Positions 26,390-39,951 of a stretch of 64,000 bases of DNA are shown one piece after another. Below the pieces are notes generated by a model. It did not search any database. It had not been told where the DNA came from and saw only the letters and a program-made list of their open reading frames with translations. The stretch is from the NCBI GenBank assembly GCA_013265495.1, contig MU057701.1, forward strand, positions 1,116,001-1,180,000. Reading direction: 5' to 3'. The position numbers and the translations under genes are program-made. Within the stretch, counting starts at the first letter, position 1. Each line of letters opens with the position of its first letter. This stretch comes from Vicugna vicugna. Taxonomy: Eukaryota.

Positions 26390-29102
26390 ATTATTTTGAA
26401 TTATTCTGCCTTTGTAAACAATTGGCTATAAAAGAATCATTATCTTTAAAAAATTAAGCCACTTACAGGTTTACTTACATTTTTTCTAGAGCAAAGCATT
26501 ATATTTTAAAAGCATTATATGTTTCAATCTAGCCTAAGTGAGTCTTTTTTATATTTTTCAAGCATGAATTCCCTGGAATACAGCTATATAATTTTGGTTG
26601 TCAAATTCCTAATGCTGCAAGTCTAAACTTAGTAGCTTATTTGCTACAATAAGATGCATTCAGGGGCTCCCTGTTTTTAAGAGACTTAAAAAAAGATCTT
26701 AATTTTTTATCTTGACTCAATATGATCAGGTATTTTGGATTTACTTTTCATCTTAAATGGAAATACTGCATTTTTATAGCTACTCAGATCATGTGGATAT
26801 GGGATGGGCTTTTCATTCTTTTGCTAGGTCAGCTTATCTTTAATATATATACTATTTCTGTAAACCAAAGTCTTCTATGACAAGTGCACCTAATTTATAT
26901 TACGTTTTAATTATGGTGTAAGTTTCTATCAAGTAAACCATCCTGAATCTCTGTTTAGCTGTTCATATTTAATCAGCTAAAATTATGAAAAAGGAAAAAT
27001 TTTGCTCTAAAGATTATTTAGCAAGCTTAGAAAACCCTGCTTTACCTAACAAAATGAAGTGGGGGTGGTGGCAGGGGATGTGATTACTAAAAAAACCAGT
27101 GAGTCTAATAACTCTATCGTATACATTATTTTAAGCCTGAATAATTTTGGAGGTAAGGGAATTTCAGTTCCCTTGGTGTTGAAGATCAGCATTTGATTTT
27201 GAAATATCCAGATTCAGTTTTCAGGGTGTGTGGCATGTTGCATGATCCAGAAGGCAACCAAAATTCTGGAGTGAGAGACTGGAAAAATCTGAAATCGTGG
27301 GTGGATTTTTAAATTCGACCATCAGAAATCTGCACTATTCTTTTTTCTTTTTAACATTAATGGGAAATCAAGAATAGCGAATTTTGATGAGATAGCTTTG
27401 TTTAAATTTTGCAGCTTAATTATCTAGTGAATAAGCCCTTTGTGTTCTCTCATTTGATGGACTGGTTTTCAGTCTGTGTTCTTGGAGCCAAGGGGTTCCT
27501 CAGAGGTGCCTCAGAAGTAATGGTTGAGAGGAGGGACAGAGAGGGAGAGGAAAGGCCTTGTTGGTATTTGAGCCTCCCCCCCCTTTACCCAGAGCAGCTC
27601 CACTTTTTCTCTTTTATATATATTGGAAGTCCACGTAATTTCATGGGGGGCAGAGGTGGAATAAAAGAGGTGGAAATTTCGCTGCTTAAAAAGAAGTTGA
27701 GAACTACTTGTGTAGTTTCTACATGTTTAAATTTACTTCATTCAGCCAAATTTGACCGATACATGCAAGCTGGTTATAGTCGTAACTGTAGTGCTGATGT
27801 GCTCATGCTGATCTTTCCTTCCCACTTGGTTTTCCTACTGCATTTGTAGGAGTACCGAAGAACATCTTGAAATATACAGAAAAGGTTTCTCTACTGTTTG
27901 AGAGTGGTTTTCATGTTTCACAATAACTTACTGGTTGCAGGTCTATCTCTTTTGTATTAAAGCACTAGCTCAGTGTAATTGTGCCTATTATAATCATTCA
28001 GTAAAAAGTACACGATGAACACTTTACAGCAATCATAACTGCAGTAATAATGAAATGCTACTCATCATAATGTATAATATAAAGCAGGCAAATACCATCG
28101 CTTTTTGAGTGCCTTTTTAACTTTAATGACTTAATAGAGCTTTAAAAGAAAGAAATTACCCTCCCTTACAGTGTATGATATCACCAATATAATTTATAAA
28201 AACATGATTGATTTAATTTCATTTTTGAAATTATGTTACCTGATTACTTCCAAATAGGTGCTAAGCAAACAAAACCCCCCCAATGTGTCATTGAACTTTG
28301 GACTTGCACCTCATGTTTAATGTGAATATTTATTTCCACATGTCCCTCTTAGCTGGGTTTTTTCTAATCCTTCCTCTAGTTGTGTTATTTCAGATATGTG
28401 ATGTCACATTTCCATCCATTGCCTTTCCATCATGAATGCTTAATTATGAACAGGGGTTACTTTGTAGAGCTCATATGCAGTACAGAGGTGAGGGTCTTGT
28501 TTCAGAGGGTCTTATTTTTTGGTGTAAAGAGTTTTTAAATAGTGCTGTGTATAGTGTACATTTTGTTTTGCACATAGTTTGTTGCCCTGAATGGGTTTTA
28601 TTTTTACCAAGTCTTTTACTTTTTTCCTTGTATTTACAGTCCAGAGCACAAGTTTCCTTTCTTTTAAATGCAGTGTAACTTGCTTTATTTTACAACACTA
28701 AGTCCGCTTGCACTTCTCGTGCATTGAGCTGAGTGCATTGATGGGAGTTAGAATGTTCCAGACATCTTTACGCAGCTCCTTCTGCTTCTGTTTTCAGCTG
28801 CAGCGCAATCAGTGGTGCCATTTGTGGTATTTAATGTACTTACGTTTAGGATGATGGTTGTACCAAGTGCTGAGTTGTTGTTTCTAGATGTAATTAGTTC
28901 ACGTAATGTAATATTCTTCCTTCTCTCAAACTGACTTTAAAACAAAGTTTTATCATTTTCATTGTATTTGTATTTATTACAGAGTGTTTTAGCTTTGATA
29001 TTCTTTGTATTTTCACTCAGTTGTTACATGAACTTTATCAATAACATCTGTATAAATGGTTTTTAAAAATTAACTATGTATGTGCCCATGCCGAAGTTGA
29101 GC

Positions 29103-29108
29103 AATAAA
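29103..29108 (+). terminator. Distal polyadenylation signal of SMURF2
   Basis: AATAAA preceded by several TGTA motifs and followed by T/GT-rich tracts; sequence becomes GC-richer soon after. Confidence 0.6.
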
Positions 29109-30767
29109 ATGAATGCTGTTTGCACTGTCACAGCATCAAAGTTTTTAAAGAATATTGAGTTTATAATGATTTGTTTTGAATATATTTGATTGGCTCTGTG
29201 AAGAGTGACAGCATATGAGCCATAAAATGAGAAGTTTAAGATTCACGGGCCTCCCTTAGCTGATGCCTTTGCCACATCGCAGAGCCTGAGAGCTCAGGAC
29301 CCTTTCTGTCTCCAGGTGGAGCCAGGAAGGTGCTTGTTGCCTGCAGCCGTGGTGCATCGGTAGGCTGGGAGTGTGGCCTGGAACAGTTGTCCGTCCAGGC
29401 GCGGGGGGGAGGGGGGCAGAGCTATGGCAGGGGCCTCATTTGCTACGTTGGTGTTGAGCAGTAAAACCCTCAGAATGAAAAGCAGAGATCAATTGCATTC
29501 TTCCAGGAAGCCATGACTTTAAGGGTCGTGATTCACAACTTTGTAAGTGTAGTGGATTAAAGTCCAGCTAAATACATGAGTGGAAAAAGGAATGGATACG
29601 ATCATGTTTTCAGCCAGGAGAGTCTGTGTCAGTCTCTCCGCGGCACAGGCTATACTGAAAGGAATGTCTGGGAAATGCACTGGACGTGGTGGTGTATGAA
29701 AGCTCAGAGTGGTGTCCATTTTTATATCCTTCTGAAATGTATTTTTTTCCTTGTCTCATATTGCCAGTTTATTGGTAGTTATCTAACATTTATTAATTTT
29801 AGTACATTAAGGATCTCAGTATTATAATCTGTAATTTACCGGTAAGTTTGATTTGACTAATACGTGATGCTTCTCTACTCTCTGGTGACCTGAGAGGTTT
29901 GTGCTATCATTATAATGAAGGTTAACCTGGGCACCCACCTGCATTTGTTTGCACTTTATATCCCAAGTGCTTACAGCAGGATATACACAACAGAACAAGA
30001 GCCTAGTAACAGGGCAGAGGTAATTATACAGAAAGAGGGTTAAATCCCTGTTAATATTCTTAGCAAACAAGACAAATCAGATTTAAAGTTACATATTAAA
30101 AGGGATTTGCCCTAAATGTGACTCACTCTTTGTTCATTCAGCAGATGTCTGCTGTGCTCCTGCTGTGTGTCAGGGTCTGTACCAGCTGCTAGAGCTGTTG
30201 CTGTGGATGGTTGTTAAAAAACTGAAACTTCCAAATTACTGCTTCTAGTTAGTGTATGTCTCGGTAGAAGCTGAAGTTCAAACTTAGGCACTCAAAACTC
30301 AGTCTGTGTACACCAGGGAGGTCAGTCATGACAAGAGCACAGGATTAAATACCTCGCCTCAGCAAGACTTCAAATTCCAGACTTGGTCTTTAAAACAGGT
30401 GGTTTTGTTCCCCCTTTCCCCTTTCCCCATGGCACCTCAGATCCTAGCATAATCTTCTGTGGATATTTAGGCTGGGATTTATCTAGGTTATCAAAACAAA
30501 GCTGTAAACTTCACTGCTGTCTCCCTTACAGTGTTTTATAAGGAAAGGAAGGGGAGAAGCAGCTGTAGCAGCCCATGGGGTGAGCAACGGACCCTTCCAA
30601 GATATTTCTCCTGTGACTTAAGTGTTCATGAAGTCTTCTGTTTTTCAGCCCAGGAACTGGGAGTAAAGATGAAGAGCACATCAAACTCAACCTTTGAGAC
30701 CACTCACTTCTCCAAAGATGATGCTGGCCTGGCAAGAACGTGGAGAACCATTGAGACCAGAAGGACA

Positions 30768-32255
30768 GTTTTTTTTTTAATTAAGGTAAAACCGACATAC
30801 CACATTATATCAGTCTTAGGTGTACCACATAATGACTGGGTATTTGTATATACGGTAAAATGATCAGCCCAGTTAGTCTAGTTAACATCCATCACCATAC
30901 ACAATTACAAAATTTTTCCTTGTGGCTTTTAAGATCCCTTTTAGCAACTTTCAAATATGCAATACATTATTAACTATTTTATAACTAAACCTTTGTACCT
31001 TTTGGCCCCCCTTCACCCATTTTGCCGACTCCCCACCTCTTGCAACCACCAGTCTGTTCTCTGTATCTACAAGCTCAGTATTGTGGGGTTTTTTCTTTAC
31101 GTTGTACATATATGAGACCATATGGTATTTATCTTTCTCTGACATATTTTGTTTAGCATAATGCCCTCAAGTTCCATCATGTATGTTGTTGCAAATGACA
31201 AGATTTCCCTTTTTTTAAATAGCTGAATAATATTCCTTTGTGTATATATACATCACATTTTCTTCCATCCATCCATCCATGGACACAGGTTGTTTTTGTA
31301 TCTTGACTGTTGTAAGTAATGCTTCAGTGAACATGGGGTGCAGATGCCTTTTCCAGTTAGTGTTTTCATTTTCTTCAGATAAACACCCAGAAGTGAAACT
31401 GCTGAGTCATATGGTAGTTCTATTTTTAAATTTTTGAGGAGCCTCCATAGTGGTTGTACCAATTTATATTCCCATCAACAGTGCACAGAGTCCCCTTTTC
31501 TCCACATATGCGTCAGTGCTCATTTCTTGTCTCTTTGGTAACAGCCAGTCAAACAGTTATGAGATGGTATCTCATGGTTCTGATTTGCATTTCCCTGATT
31601 ACTGATGTTGAGCACCTTTTCATGTACCTGTTGACATTTCGTGTATCTGGGAAAAAAGTCTCTTCAGTTCCTCTGCCCATTTTATAATTGGATTGTTTGC
31701 TATTGAGTTGTAGGAGTGCTTTATGTATTTTGGATATTAACCTCTTATCAACTGTTTCATAAATATTTTCTCCCATTTAGTGGCTGCCTTTTCATTTTGT
31801 TGATGTTTCCTTTGCTGTACAGAAACTTTTTGGTTTGATGTAGTACTACTTACAGATTTTTGCTTTGGTATCAGATCCCCCCCCAGAAAAATCATCACCA
31901 AGACTGATGTCACTGAGCGTAACTACTTTTGTTTTTCTTCTAGTTTTATGGTTCCAGGTCTTCAAGTCTTAAATCCATTCTGAGTTATTTGTGTATGGTG
32001 TAAGACAGTGGTCCAGCATCATTCTTTTACCTGTGACTGTTCAATTTTCCCAAAACTATTTATTGAAGAGACTGTCCTTTCCCTATTGTATATTCTTGGC
32101 TCACTTGTAAGTTAATTGATCACACATCATGGGTTTATTTTGGGCTCTCTGTTCTGTTCCATTGATCTGTGCGTCTGTATGCCAAGACCATACTACAGAG
32201 CTTTGTAATATAGTTTGAAACCAAGGAGCCTCATGCCTCCAGCTTTGTTCTTCAG
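30768..32255 (-). mobile_element. Intergenic L1, ~1.5 kb 3' portion
   Basis: poly-T followed by antisense L1 3'UTR and degenerate ORF2 C-terminus (ORF-track fragments such as MVQPLWR...IELPYDSA). Confidence 0.9.
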
Positions 32256-33912
32256 GGGCAAAGTTTTAAAGGCAGTTCAAGTTTAATGGTTTTTAAGACA
32301 AGAAGAAACTGGTCAAATCTATCAAATTCTCTGGGTAATGGTTCAAATAACTTGAAAATGCCAGATAAAACATGTTTTCAGCATGTCTAGATTTGGGATC
32401 TAACAGATCCCTCTATAAGCTGCAGCTTAAGCCCCAATTTTGGATTCCTTCTTTTGTTTATACCATTTCTCTTAATGATACCATCTTCTGCCCTGCCTTC
32501 TTTTTCTCCTCTGCCCTTAGCCATTTTTCAATGCGATTCCTCTTTCCATTGCAAATAAATTTCCCCTACATCCTTTGTTCCTTCACTGAAGGCTCTATTT
32601 TCCTGCATTACCTCAACTCTGGTTCTTCCTTTTCCTTCCTGTGTGTTGCAGAAGCAGCAGCTAATTCTCCAGTGCTCCATGTAATGCATACATTAATATA
32701 GGTAATATGTACATATACAGTATATGTTACAGTAATGCATATACACAGCTAAACATAATAGTTAAAAAAAAATCACTTAGAGGCTTTAAAAAACCCCAAA
32801 CTTTAGTATCTTAAAAGTTCTCATTACAAGGGAAAAAATCTGACTGTAAGGTAATGGATGTTAACTAAACTTATGGTAATCATTTTGCAATACATGCATT
32901 TATCAAGTCACTGATATATAAAATTGTGTAAGTTTAAGGTGCATGTCATTGGTTATATCTCATTAAAATGGGGGGGGGTGGCTGTTCATAACCCTTTTTC
33001 TCATCCCTAGGTCTTGCTTTCCAGAGGCCACTACTCCCAAATCTTCCGTCAGCGCTTCTAATATTTATTCCCACATTTCTAAATTATATAGTGACAGCGC
33101 TCTTCAGTAATTCTGGACATAGCCCCCCAACCTCCCCAGAACAGACTATTTAAAAATTGAGCTCACACCAACCACCTTATTCTGTCACCCTTCCACCCCA
33201 GCCCCCTGATACAGTTATAGTTCTGAACTTTTCAAATGTGTGATTATGATGAGTTTTTCCTGTGTTCCTCTGGGCAGACTGGCTTCACATATGATTCCCT
33301 CTCTACAGGCAGTTGCCACAACATCCCCCATTTGCTGAGTTACCACTTCATTTGCTTTCTATTTTCTGAAAATATGTTGCATCTTTTATTTTTGTCTCCT
33401 CTCCTATTCTTTGATCTCTGCTTAGCAATCCCATCCCTTTCCTAGTAAATTCCTTCACCCATTCTTTTTGGTTATTCCTAGTTACTTAGTTTGGTAAAGA
33501 GCTGGCAGAATTAGCAACTTCAGAGTCCTTTTAAAACATTTTTAAGAAATTAAATAAGCATAATGATGCCTTTATAACAAATTCAAATAGTGGATTATAT
33601 TAAGCAGAGTGAATGTTTATGTAATTTACCAGAGTCACACCTACTATTAATTGGGGGACTTTTTCAAGACCTTTTCTATATTGTATTGATTATGTTGCAT
33701 TATATATGATACCCAGTCATACCACAGCTATTAAAATAAAATAGCATCACACTGTATAGTTAAGACTTGCTAGTTTAACTCAAGGATATATTGTATGTAT
33801 CTTTCTATCTAGATGTTATCATTTTTGTAACATTTTAGAACTTATGTTCTAGCTCATGCATATCTAGCCTTATTTATCTTGTGCATTTTTCCTGTCCTTT
33901 CCATTGAGTTGT

Positions 33913-33947
33913 ACACACACACACACACACTTTCTCTCTCTCTCTCT
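33913..33947. repeat. Compound (AC)n / (TC)n microsatellite
   Basis: acacacacacacacacac tt tctctctctctctct. Confidence 0.9.
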
Positions 33948-34838
33948 GCATATGTATGTATTGCAGCGTGTCTCTCCTCACGATTCTCTGAATTTCACTG
34001 ATCCAACTCTTTAACCCAGGGAAGCCCGTGTGTGCGCAGAGGCCCTACACTGTCAGCTGCCATTCCAAGAGGGCAGCAGTTGGGACCACAGCACTGGACC
34101 ACTCAGTTGCCTGCTCTTTTCTCCAGGATAATCAGATCCCACCCCATCATGCCTCCTGACCTCTGTCATTGTTCAGACATGCCACTCTGTACATGCCCTA
34201 GTGTAGAGCACTACACTTCCAAACCTTTCCTGGTGCCTTCTGCCATTCTGTGGCTTTGATCAGTAAAGTTCCTGTATCTTCAACTGCTCTGACGCCCTCC
34301 TCCAGCTCCTGGCCTTAACCAAAGCCCTCCACTCCAGAAATGCCACCACCCCTGAGTGGGTCTTTTTCTTCATCTGCCCCAACACCAGAAAGAGGGTTGG
34401 TGTACTCTCGCCCACTTCAAGTCCACTGTGCTTCCTCCCACCTGGAATCACTAATACTCTTTTGCATACACACACTGCCTGGCCTTGAACCTGCTGCCTC
34501 TCCCAACTGACAGAAGCCATAATGCACAAATTCTCATCTTCCAGCTTCCATGTGAAAGAGCTACACAGGTTTACCACCGTATCTTTAACTCTAATTAATT
34601 CTAACCCTAATGACAAGCCTACACGTTAGCCCTTTTCTGAATTAGAGATTTTTTCTTTCTTTTTTTTCTTTTTTTGGTCCTCAACTGCTGTGTTTTACTG
34701 TCTTCTGTTCACCTAGAGCAAAAGGCTTCAGGAGCTGGTTGCTCAATCAAAGCTTGTTAATTGCACTTTTAGTCGACTCCTTTTAAACTTTTAGGTCATA
34801 AATTCAAAAGCAGTATACTTTAAAAAAAAAACCCAATT

Positions 34839-34844
34839 TTTATT
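34839..34844 (-). terminator. CEP95 polyadenylation signal
   Basis: AATAAA on the - strand ~140 nt after the stop codon, followed by a T-rich tract. Confidence 0.7.
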
Positions 34845-34980
34845 TAAAAAGTTATTTCATAAAAAGTATTGGAATGAATATATAGGTAAGTCATTTAGAA
34901 ATGATTCTTCTGGTTTAGACTGTTTACTGGCTCGATTTCTAGCTCTGCCCTGGTGAAGCCCTCACTTTCTAAGTCTGGCC

Positions 34981-35157
34981 TCACAGGAAGGGATTTATAC
35001 TGTACTGAAAGGAAGCCAGATGAAGCCGAGATTTAAAACGTTCGGCTTCCAGTTCCCGGAAGAAAGCATCGTCGTCACTCTGCGTGATCATGTACTGCAG
35101 TTGCTGAATCTCCTTCTCCATCTTAGATCTCAGCTCCCTCTTCACCTTATGTAACAT
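34981..35157 (-). CDS. CEP95: CEP95 last coding exon (~exon 20)
   Basis: tag|ATG TTA CAT...CTG TGA, 177 nt; [58 protein letters not shown], recognised as the CEP95 C-terminus. Confidence 0.95.
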   Translation of the reverse strand: MLHKVKRELRSKMEKEIQQLQYMITQSDDDAFFRELEAERFKSRLHLASFQYSINPFL

Positions 35158-35437
35158 CTAAAAGAGAATTCATGTCATCCTGCTATTCACAACACTGATC
35201 CCTCATCTATTTTTATTCCCTCTCCACTTTCCTGCTCATCAAGCTTCTGCAATAATTTTAATAATTTAGCAGCAGCTCTTCCAGAGACCCAAACAGGTAA
35301 AGTAAAAATCACAGAACAAATGTTCTGAATTGTAAGTGGATCTTAGTCTCCTCTCCATTCCCCTTGCAAAGTGTAATACAGTTGTTTTCTATTTCTTCAA
35401 AATGTAAATAAATTATTTCTAGCCTGTTAATTATTAC

Positions 35438-35509
35438 CTGGGCCTGGGATTTCTCTCTGGCTTTGAGTTCTTGACGTTCCTGTGATATGGCTTCTGCCAG
35501 CAATGAAAA
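35438..35509 (-). CDS. CEP95: CEP95 coding exon (~exon 19)
   Basis: aacag|TTT TCA...GCC CAG|gtaat, 72 nt; FSLLAEAISQERQELKAREKSQAQ. Confidence 0.95.
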
Positions 35510-35829
35510 CTGTTACAGGGAAGGAAAAAAACCAAATCTTAAACATTTGTCTATAGTCCAAATATAACAATTCTTAGACCTAATTAGTTCACAGGCTTAA
35601 AAATCTTTTATTTCAAAGGAAACAGGGCAATATAGATTCTCTACTATGGTCAAGCACTAGCCTATTTTATTTTAAATTTCAGTCTTGAAAATGGGGTCAG
35701 TCCAATCTGTATAGTGACAAGTTCTGAGTTAGTATGTGGAGGTTATTGTTCAACAGACTAAGTTGACGTTTGACACAGGGAGGTCAGGACTAAGCACATC
35801 AGAATGTACACTAGCAGCAGTGAGCCCAC

Positions 35830-35976
35830 CTGGTCTTTATAGTAGTTCTCCATTGAGTCCAGTTCATTCTGGTGCTGCCTCTTTTGTTCATCTCGCTTTT
35901 CTTTGGCATAGTTTCTTAGATCTCGTAATCTTTGCTTTTGAATCTGTAAACCTTCTTCAAAAAGTTTCTTAAATAT
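35830..35976 (-). CDS. CEP95: CEP95 coding exon (~exon 18), coiled coil
   Basis: cag|ATA TTT...GAC CAG|gtggg, 147 nt; [49 protein letters not shown]. Confidence 0.95.
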
Positions 35977-36084
35977 CTGTCAATTATTTAGTCAGAAAAA
36001 TAAAGTTATGCTGAACTTCATGGAGGAATATAATTTTGCTCAGGTGGAGGTATATATACTGATTGTTATTTCAGAGAGATTTTT

Positions 36085-36765
36085 TAAAGTAACAGCTTTA
36101 TTGAGATATAATTCACATACCATAAAATTCACCCTTTTAAGATGTATAAATTAGATTTTAGTATATGCAGAGTTGTCCAACAACCGCCACTAATTCTGGA
36201 ACATTTTCTTCATTCCGAAAAGAAACCCCATAACCATTAGCGAATACTCCCCACTCCCCCCGCCAGCAACCACTCACCTACCGTCTATGCCCACGGGGTC
36301 GCCTGTTCTGGACATTTCATGTAAATCGTTATCACATAGTATGTGGCCTTTTGTATCTGGCTTCTTTCACTTGGCATAACGTTTTCAAAGTTCATCTATA
36401 TGGTAGCCTGAATCAATACTAAAGTACTTTCTATTGCCAAATAATACTCTATTATATGGATGTATCACATTTTGTTTATCCATTCATCAACTGGTGGACA
36501 TTTTATAAATATGGCTATTATGAATACGCTGCTCTGAACATCTGAGTGATACTGCTGAGTCACATGTTTAACCTTGAGGAACTGCCAGCTTGTGTTCCAA
36601 AGTGGCTGCACCATTTTACAACCCTACCAGCCCTGCATAAGGGTTCCAGCTTCTCCATATCCCCACCGACACTTGTCTTTATTTTAGCCACCCTAGTGGG
36701 TGAGAATTTCATTGTGGTTCTGATTTGTATTTCGCTACTGACTAATGGTGTTCAGCATCTTTTCC
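36085..36765 (-). mobile_element. Old L1M 3' fragment
   Basis: cagctttattgagatataattcacataccat...ccaaagtggctgcaccatttta. Confidence 0.8.
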
Positions 36766-37612
36766 TCTATCCCAAAGATTCTTTACTGCTTTTAGAAAAG
36801 AATTCTCAAGCACCCACGTATTCAGGACAAGAACCCCAAAGTAGAAACAAATGCTGCACCTACACGTGTGCATGACTGAGGGCGATGTGGTAACTAGGCC
36901 ACAGGAAAACAAATTATTCAAAGGATTTGGATATGCTCACTTGTCCTGCATTGACTAGTAAGGCTTCTTGATCAAAGTACAGCTATGCATTTATCAGCCA
37001 GCCAGCTGTGTTACCTTAGTGTCAGGTTACTTAACCTCTCAAAGTCTTGGCAGTATCCTCCAGAAACAAGGATAACAGTACGACCCACCTCAGAGTATTT
37101 AGTCCAGTTGTAAGTATAATCACCTCAATGTTTTACTCTAGAGATGAAATTTATTGCCAGTCTGGAATCCCAAAGGACTAAGTATTTGAGCTTGATCAGG
37201 ATGAGACAGCAAATACCTTGTGGAAAGATCTCACAGTACATCAGTCCTACATTATTTTCCTGATTTTATGTGGAATCCTAGGTCATCTAATCACATTTTA
37301 AATTCCTGTCTCTTATAACATGCTCCCAAACCCCTAAAGCAGTTGTCCTGGAAAAATACGTACATTCAGGAAGTCAGAGGGAATTAAGGTCTCACATTAA
37401 GACAAGAGCAGCAGAGATGGAGAACAGACTAGCATGTACTGTGGGGCTAGTAAAATGAGGTATGGACAAGTCAGAGTTCAGCCAGCATTTAGGACTTGCA
37501 TTTGGATTTTGGATTCAAACTGGGACAAGAGTCACAACAAAGAAGGTGGTCCTAAAAGGTAACAGATAAATTTTACCTTCTTAACAGGGCTGGAAAGAAA
37601 AGCCATAGTTAC

Positions 37613-37765
37613 CATTTCTTCTCGGGTCCTCATTCGCATCATTTTTGAACGCAGCTGAACTCTATAATCATCATAATATTTTCGGGCACGAACAATCTGC
37701 TGCCGATTTTCTTTTATCTTTGACTGGGTCAACTTCTGTCTATGAATGCGATCCTTGAAGTCTTG
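37613..37765 (-). CDS. CEP95: CEP95 coding exon (~exon 17)
   Basis: cttag|CAA GAC...GAA ATG|gtaac, 153 nt; [51 protein letters not shown]. Confidence 0.94.
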
Positions 37766-38826
37766 CTAAGAAAGGGGAAAAGAGGTAAGGACAAGAAGAA
37801 GACAGACTCTAGTGTTATCTGTCCCCACTCCCCCCATGATGTCTTCAGGCAGTAAGCTAGGCACAGAGGGCCACTGGCCTGCTGCCTGGGCACTGGGTGT
37901 ATAAACAGGACTGTCAGCCCCCAGAAGCCAGTGTTTGGTAGATTCGTTACCTCAGTCACAAGAGCTGCCCCAATGAACCCCCACTGCTGCAGAAAGCAGC
38001 AGTGATCCTTGTGGAACTGAGAATCTCATCTCCCAGTTACACCAGGGGTTGCCTAAGCCACGCCCAGGTGCTAGCTTAAAAGGAGTAGCAAACTGGCACT
38101 CTACAAGACTTTCAAGCAAAGCTTGGGTTAACAAGGGCATTTATGTCAAAACTAAGGAAATGAAACACTATCTTAAGGGAGTGAGGATGAAATGAAGTCC
38201 TGTACATGAAGCCTTCAAACTAGGTGTTTTCCTTTCCCCCACACCAAAGTCCCACATGCAGTTCCTCAGATGGCTTCCCCTTCTTTCTCTGGAACTTTCT
38301 CTTTGCTTATCTCTATACTTAATCTTTTCCTCAGGCTCATTGTCTTTGACCTCTGTCCTCTCCATGATTCTCAGAGGATAATATACTATGTAGGATTCTC
38401 AATCCAAATTTTAGTGGAGCCATAAACCACCTCAGCTCTCTATTTGGGATCTAAGAAAGATGGGAGAGAACAAAAAAGCACTAAGTTATAACCACCTGGT
38501 ACCTCAAAGAGGCCATAGAGATAGACCTAAATTAAAATCTCAACCCTGCCTTTGCTGATTACAGTGGGACCCAGGGCAAATTAACATCTCAAGACCTCAG
38601 GTTTTCATTTCATAGAAAAATCTGTTACTATAAAGACCAAATGAAACTGTGGATACAAAACACCGGGCACCTTCCCCCTTCATCAATATTGGTTAAAGAC
38701 AGATGCTTCCACAGATCAGTGTTAGAGGTAAGAGTCGGTAGGATTATTGCCGAGCTGGTACAAATAAAAGTTAATGATATAACTTACAAATTCAAAATTA
38801 CAATACCCAACTTGCTCTTGACCTAC

Positions 38827-38901
38827 CAGTCTCCTGTTATGTTCACATTCTTTCTTGACAAGTGCAGTGAGGAGGTCATGCCTCCTCAAGGCGTCTTCTA
38901 T
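38827..38901 (-). CDS. CEP95: CEP95 coding exon (~exon 16)
   Basis: tacag|ATA GAA...AGA CTG|gtagg, 75 nt; [25 protein letters not shown]. Confidence 0.93.
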
Positions 38902-39014
38902 CTGTAGGTGGGACAGAAGAGAAGGAGACTAATAATGCTATTCACTAGATTCTCAAGGATCAGCTCTGCCCCTTCCTGGTTTATATTCCTAGGCTTAATT
39001 GACAGTTAACTTAC

Positions 39015-39184
39015 TTCATCCTGGAGTTTCTTCTTTGATTGATTTTCTCTATGTGCATCTCTTTTGAGCTGTTCAATCTGTGCAATTTGCTGTTTCCACA
39101 TTTTGCTTAGTGTTTGGCCAGAAACAGAGAGAAATGGAAACTGCTCCAACATCAGGGGCAGGAGACTGTGTTCATTCACTTTCA
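39015..39184 (-). CDS. CEP95: CEP95 coding exon (~exon 15)
   Basis: tgcag|TG AAA GTG...GAT GAA|gtaag, 170 nt; (M)[56 protein letters not shown]. Confidence 0.95.
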
Positions 39185-39951
39185 CTGCAAGGTAAAAAAA
39201 AAAGATGCTCTTAATCCAAGAAACTTGCTGACAGTTTTTAAGAAGAAATACCATCTCACCATCCTGGTAGATCAAAACTTATCTAACTGATGTGGCTTTG
39301 AGCCTGAAAAGAACAATTCTAGAAGTATGTTACTACTTTTGCATTCCTTCTTTGATTGGAATAAGCCAACTCCTAGTAAGAATGAAAACAAGCTCCACAG
39401 TTCTGACTGATGACATGCTGGCCTTGTGAAGTCCGTCCTGACTGCTCAGCTGACTCAGTGCCTGGGGTAGATGCTCTGTGTGTGGTCAGACTCCTCAGCC
39501 CTCCTGGGAGGTAAAGTCTCTGTCTGATGGGATGTAGTTAGAAGGCCAGGAGTCTTTTAAACTGCACCCTGGTGCCAACTGTCAATATACCAAGAGCTGG
39601 ACAGGCTTTCTGCTTCCTTTGGAGCATCCCTTTGGTTCTACCAATCTCCCAGAAACAAAGAAAAGGCAACCAGCATGAGTGAGCAGAGAGAAGCTAAAGC
39701 TGGAGCAGCAGGTCACAGCCCTAGCATTCCTCTGATGCCAATATATTGGTGCATATTTAAGAGTTTTAAATAAATGCCTTATTTAAGAGTTTTAACTCTC
39801 TTTACAGAAATCTAGCATATGGCAGTGATAAAAGCAAGAACTTTCTCCAGCTAACTGGTGGATGTTAGTTTTCAGTGCTGTGTCCTTGGAATGCAGCACA
39901 CACTTTCAAAGGATGCCAGTTTTCCATAAAGTACAATTTTGTGGTTCTTAC

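Larger units (their letters stand above)
25930..29135 (+). other. SMURF2: SMURF2 3'UTR, maximal extent inferred
   Basis: AU-rich, largely repeat-free sequence after the stop codon; the end is inferred from the distal AATAAA. Confidence 0.6.

Noticed and set aside
27409..27849. 146-aa ORF downstream of the SMURF2 stop codon
   Set aside because: Non-ATG start, no recognisable domain, and it appears to overlap an old DNA-transposon remnant in the UTR.
39754..39795. 16-bp direct repeat tatttaagagttttaa with a 10-bp spacer; similar small repeats at ~7923 and ~11831
   Set aside because: Only two or three copies; common micro-duplication scars.
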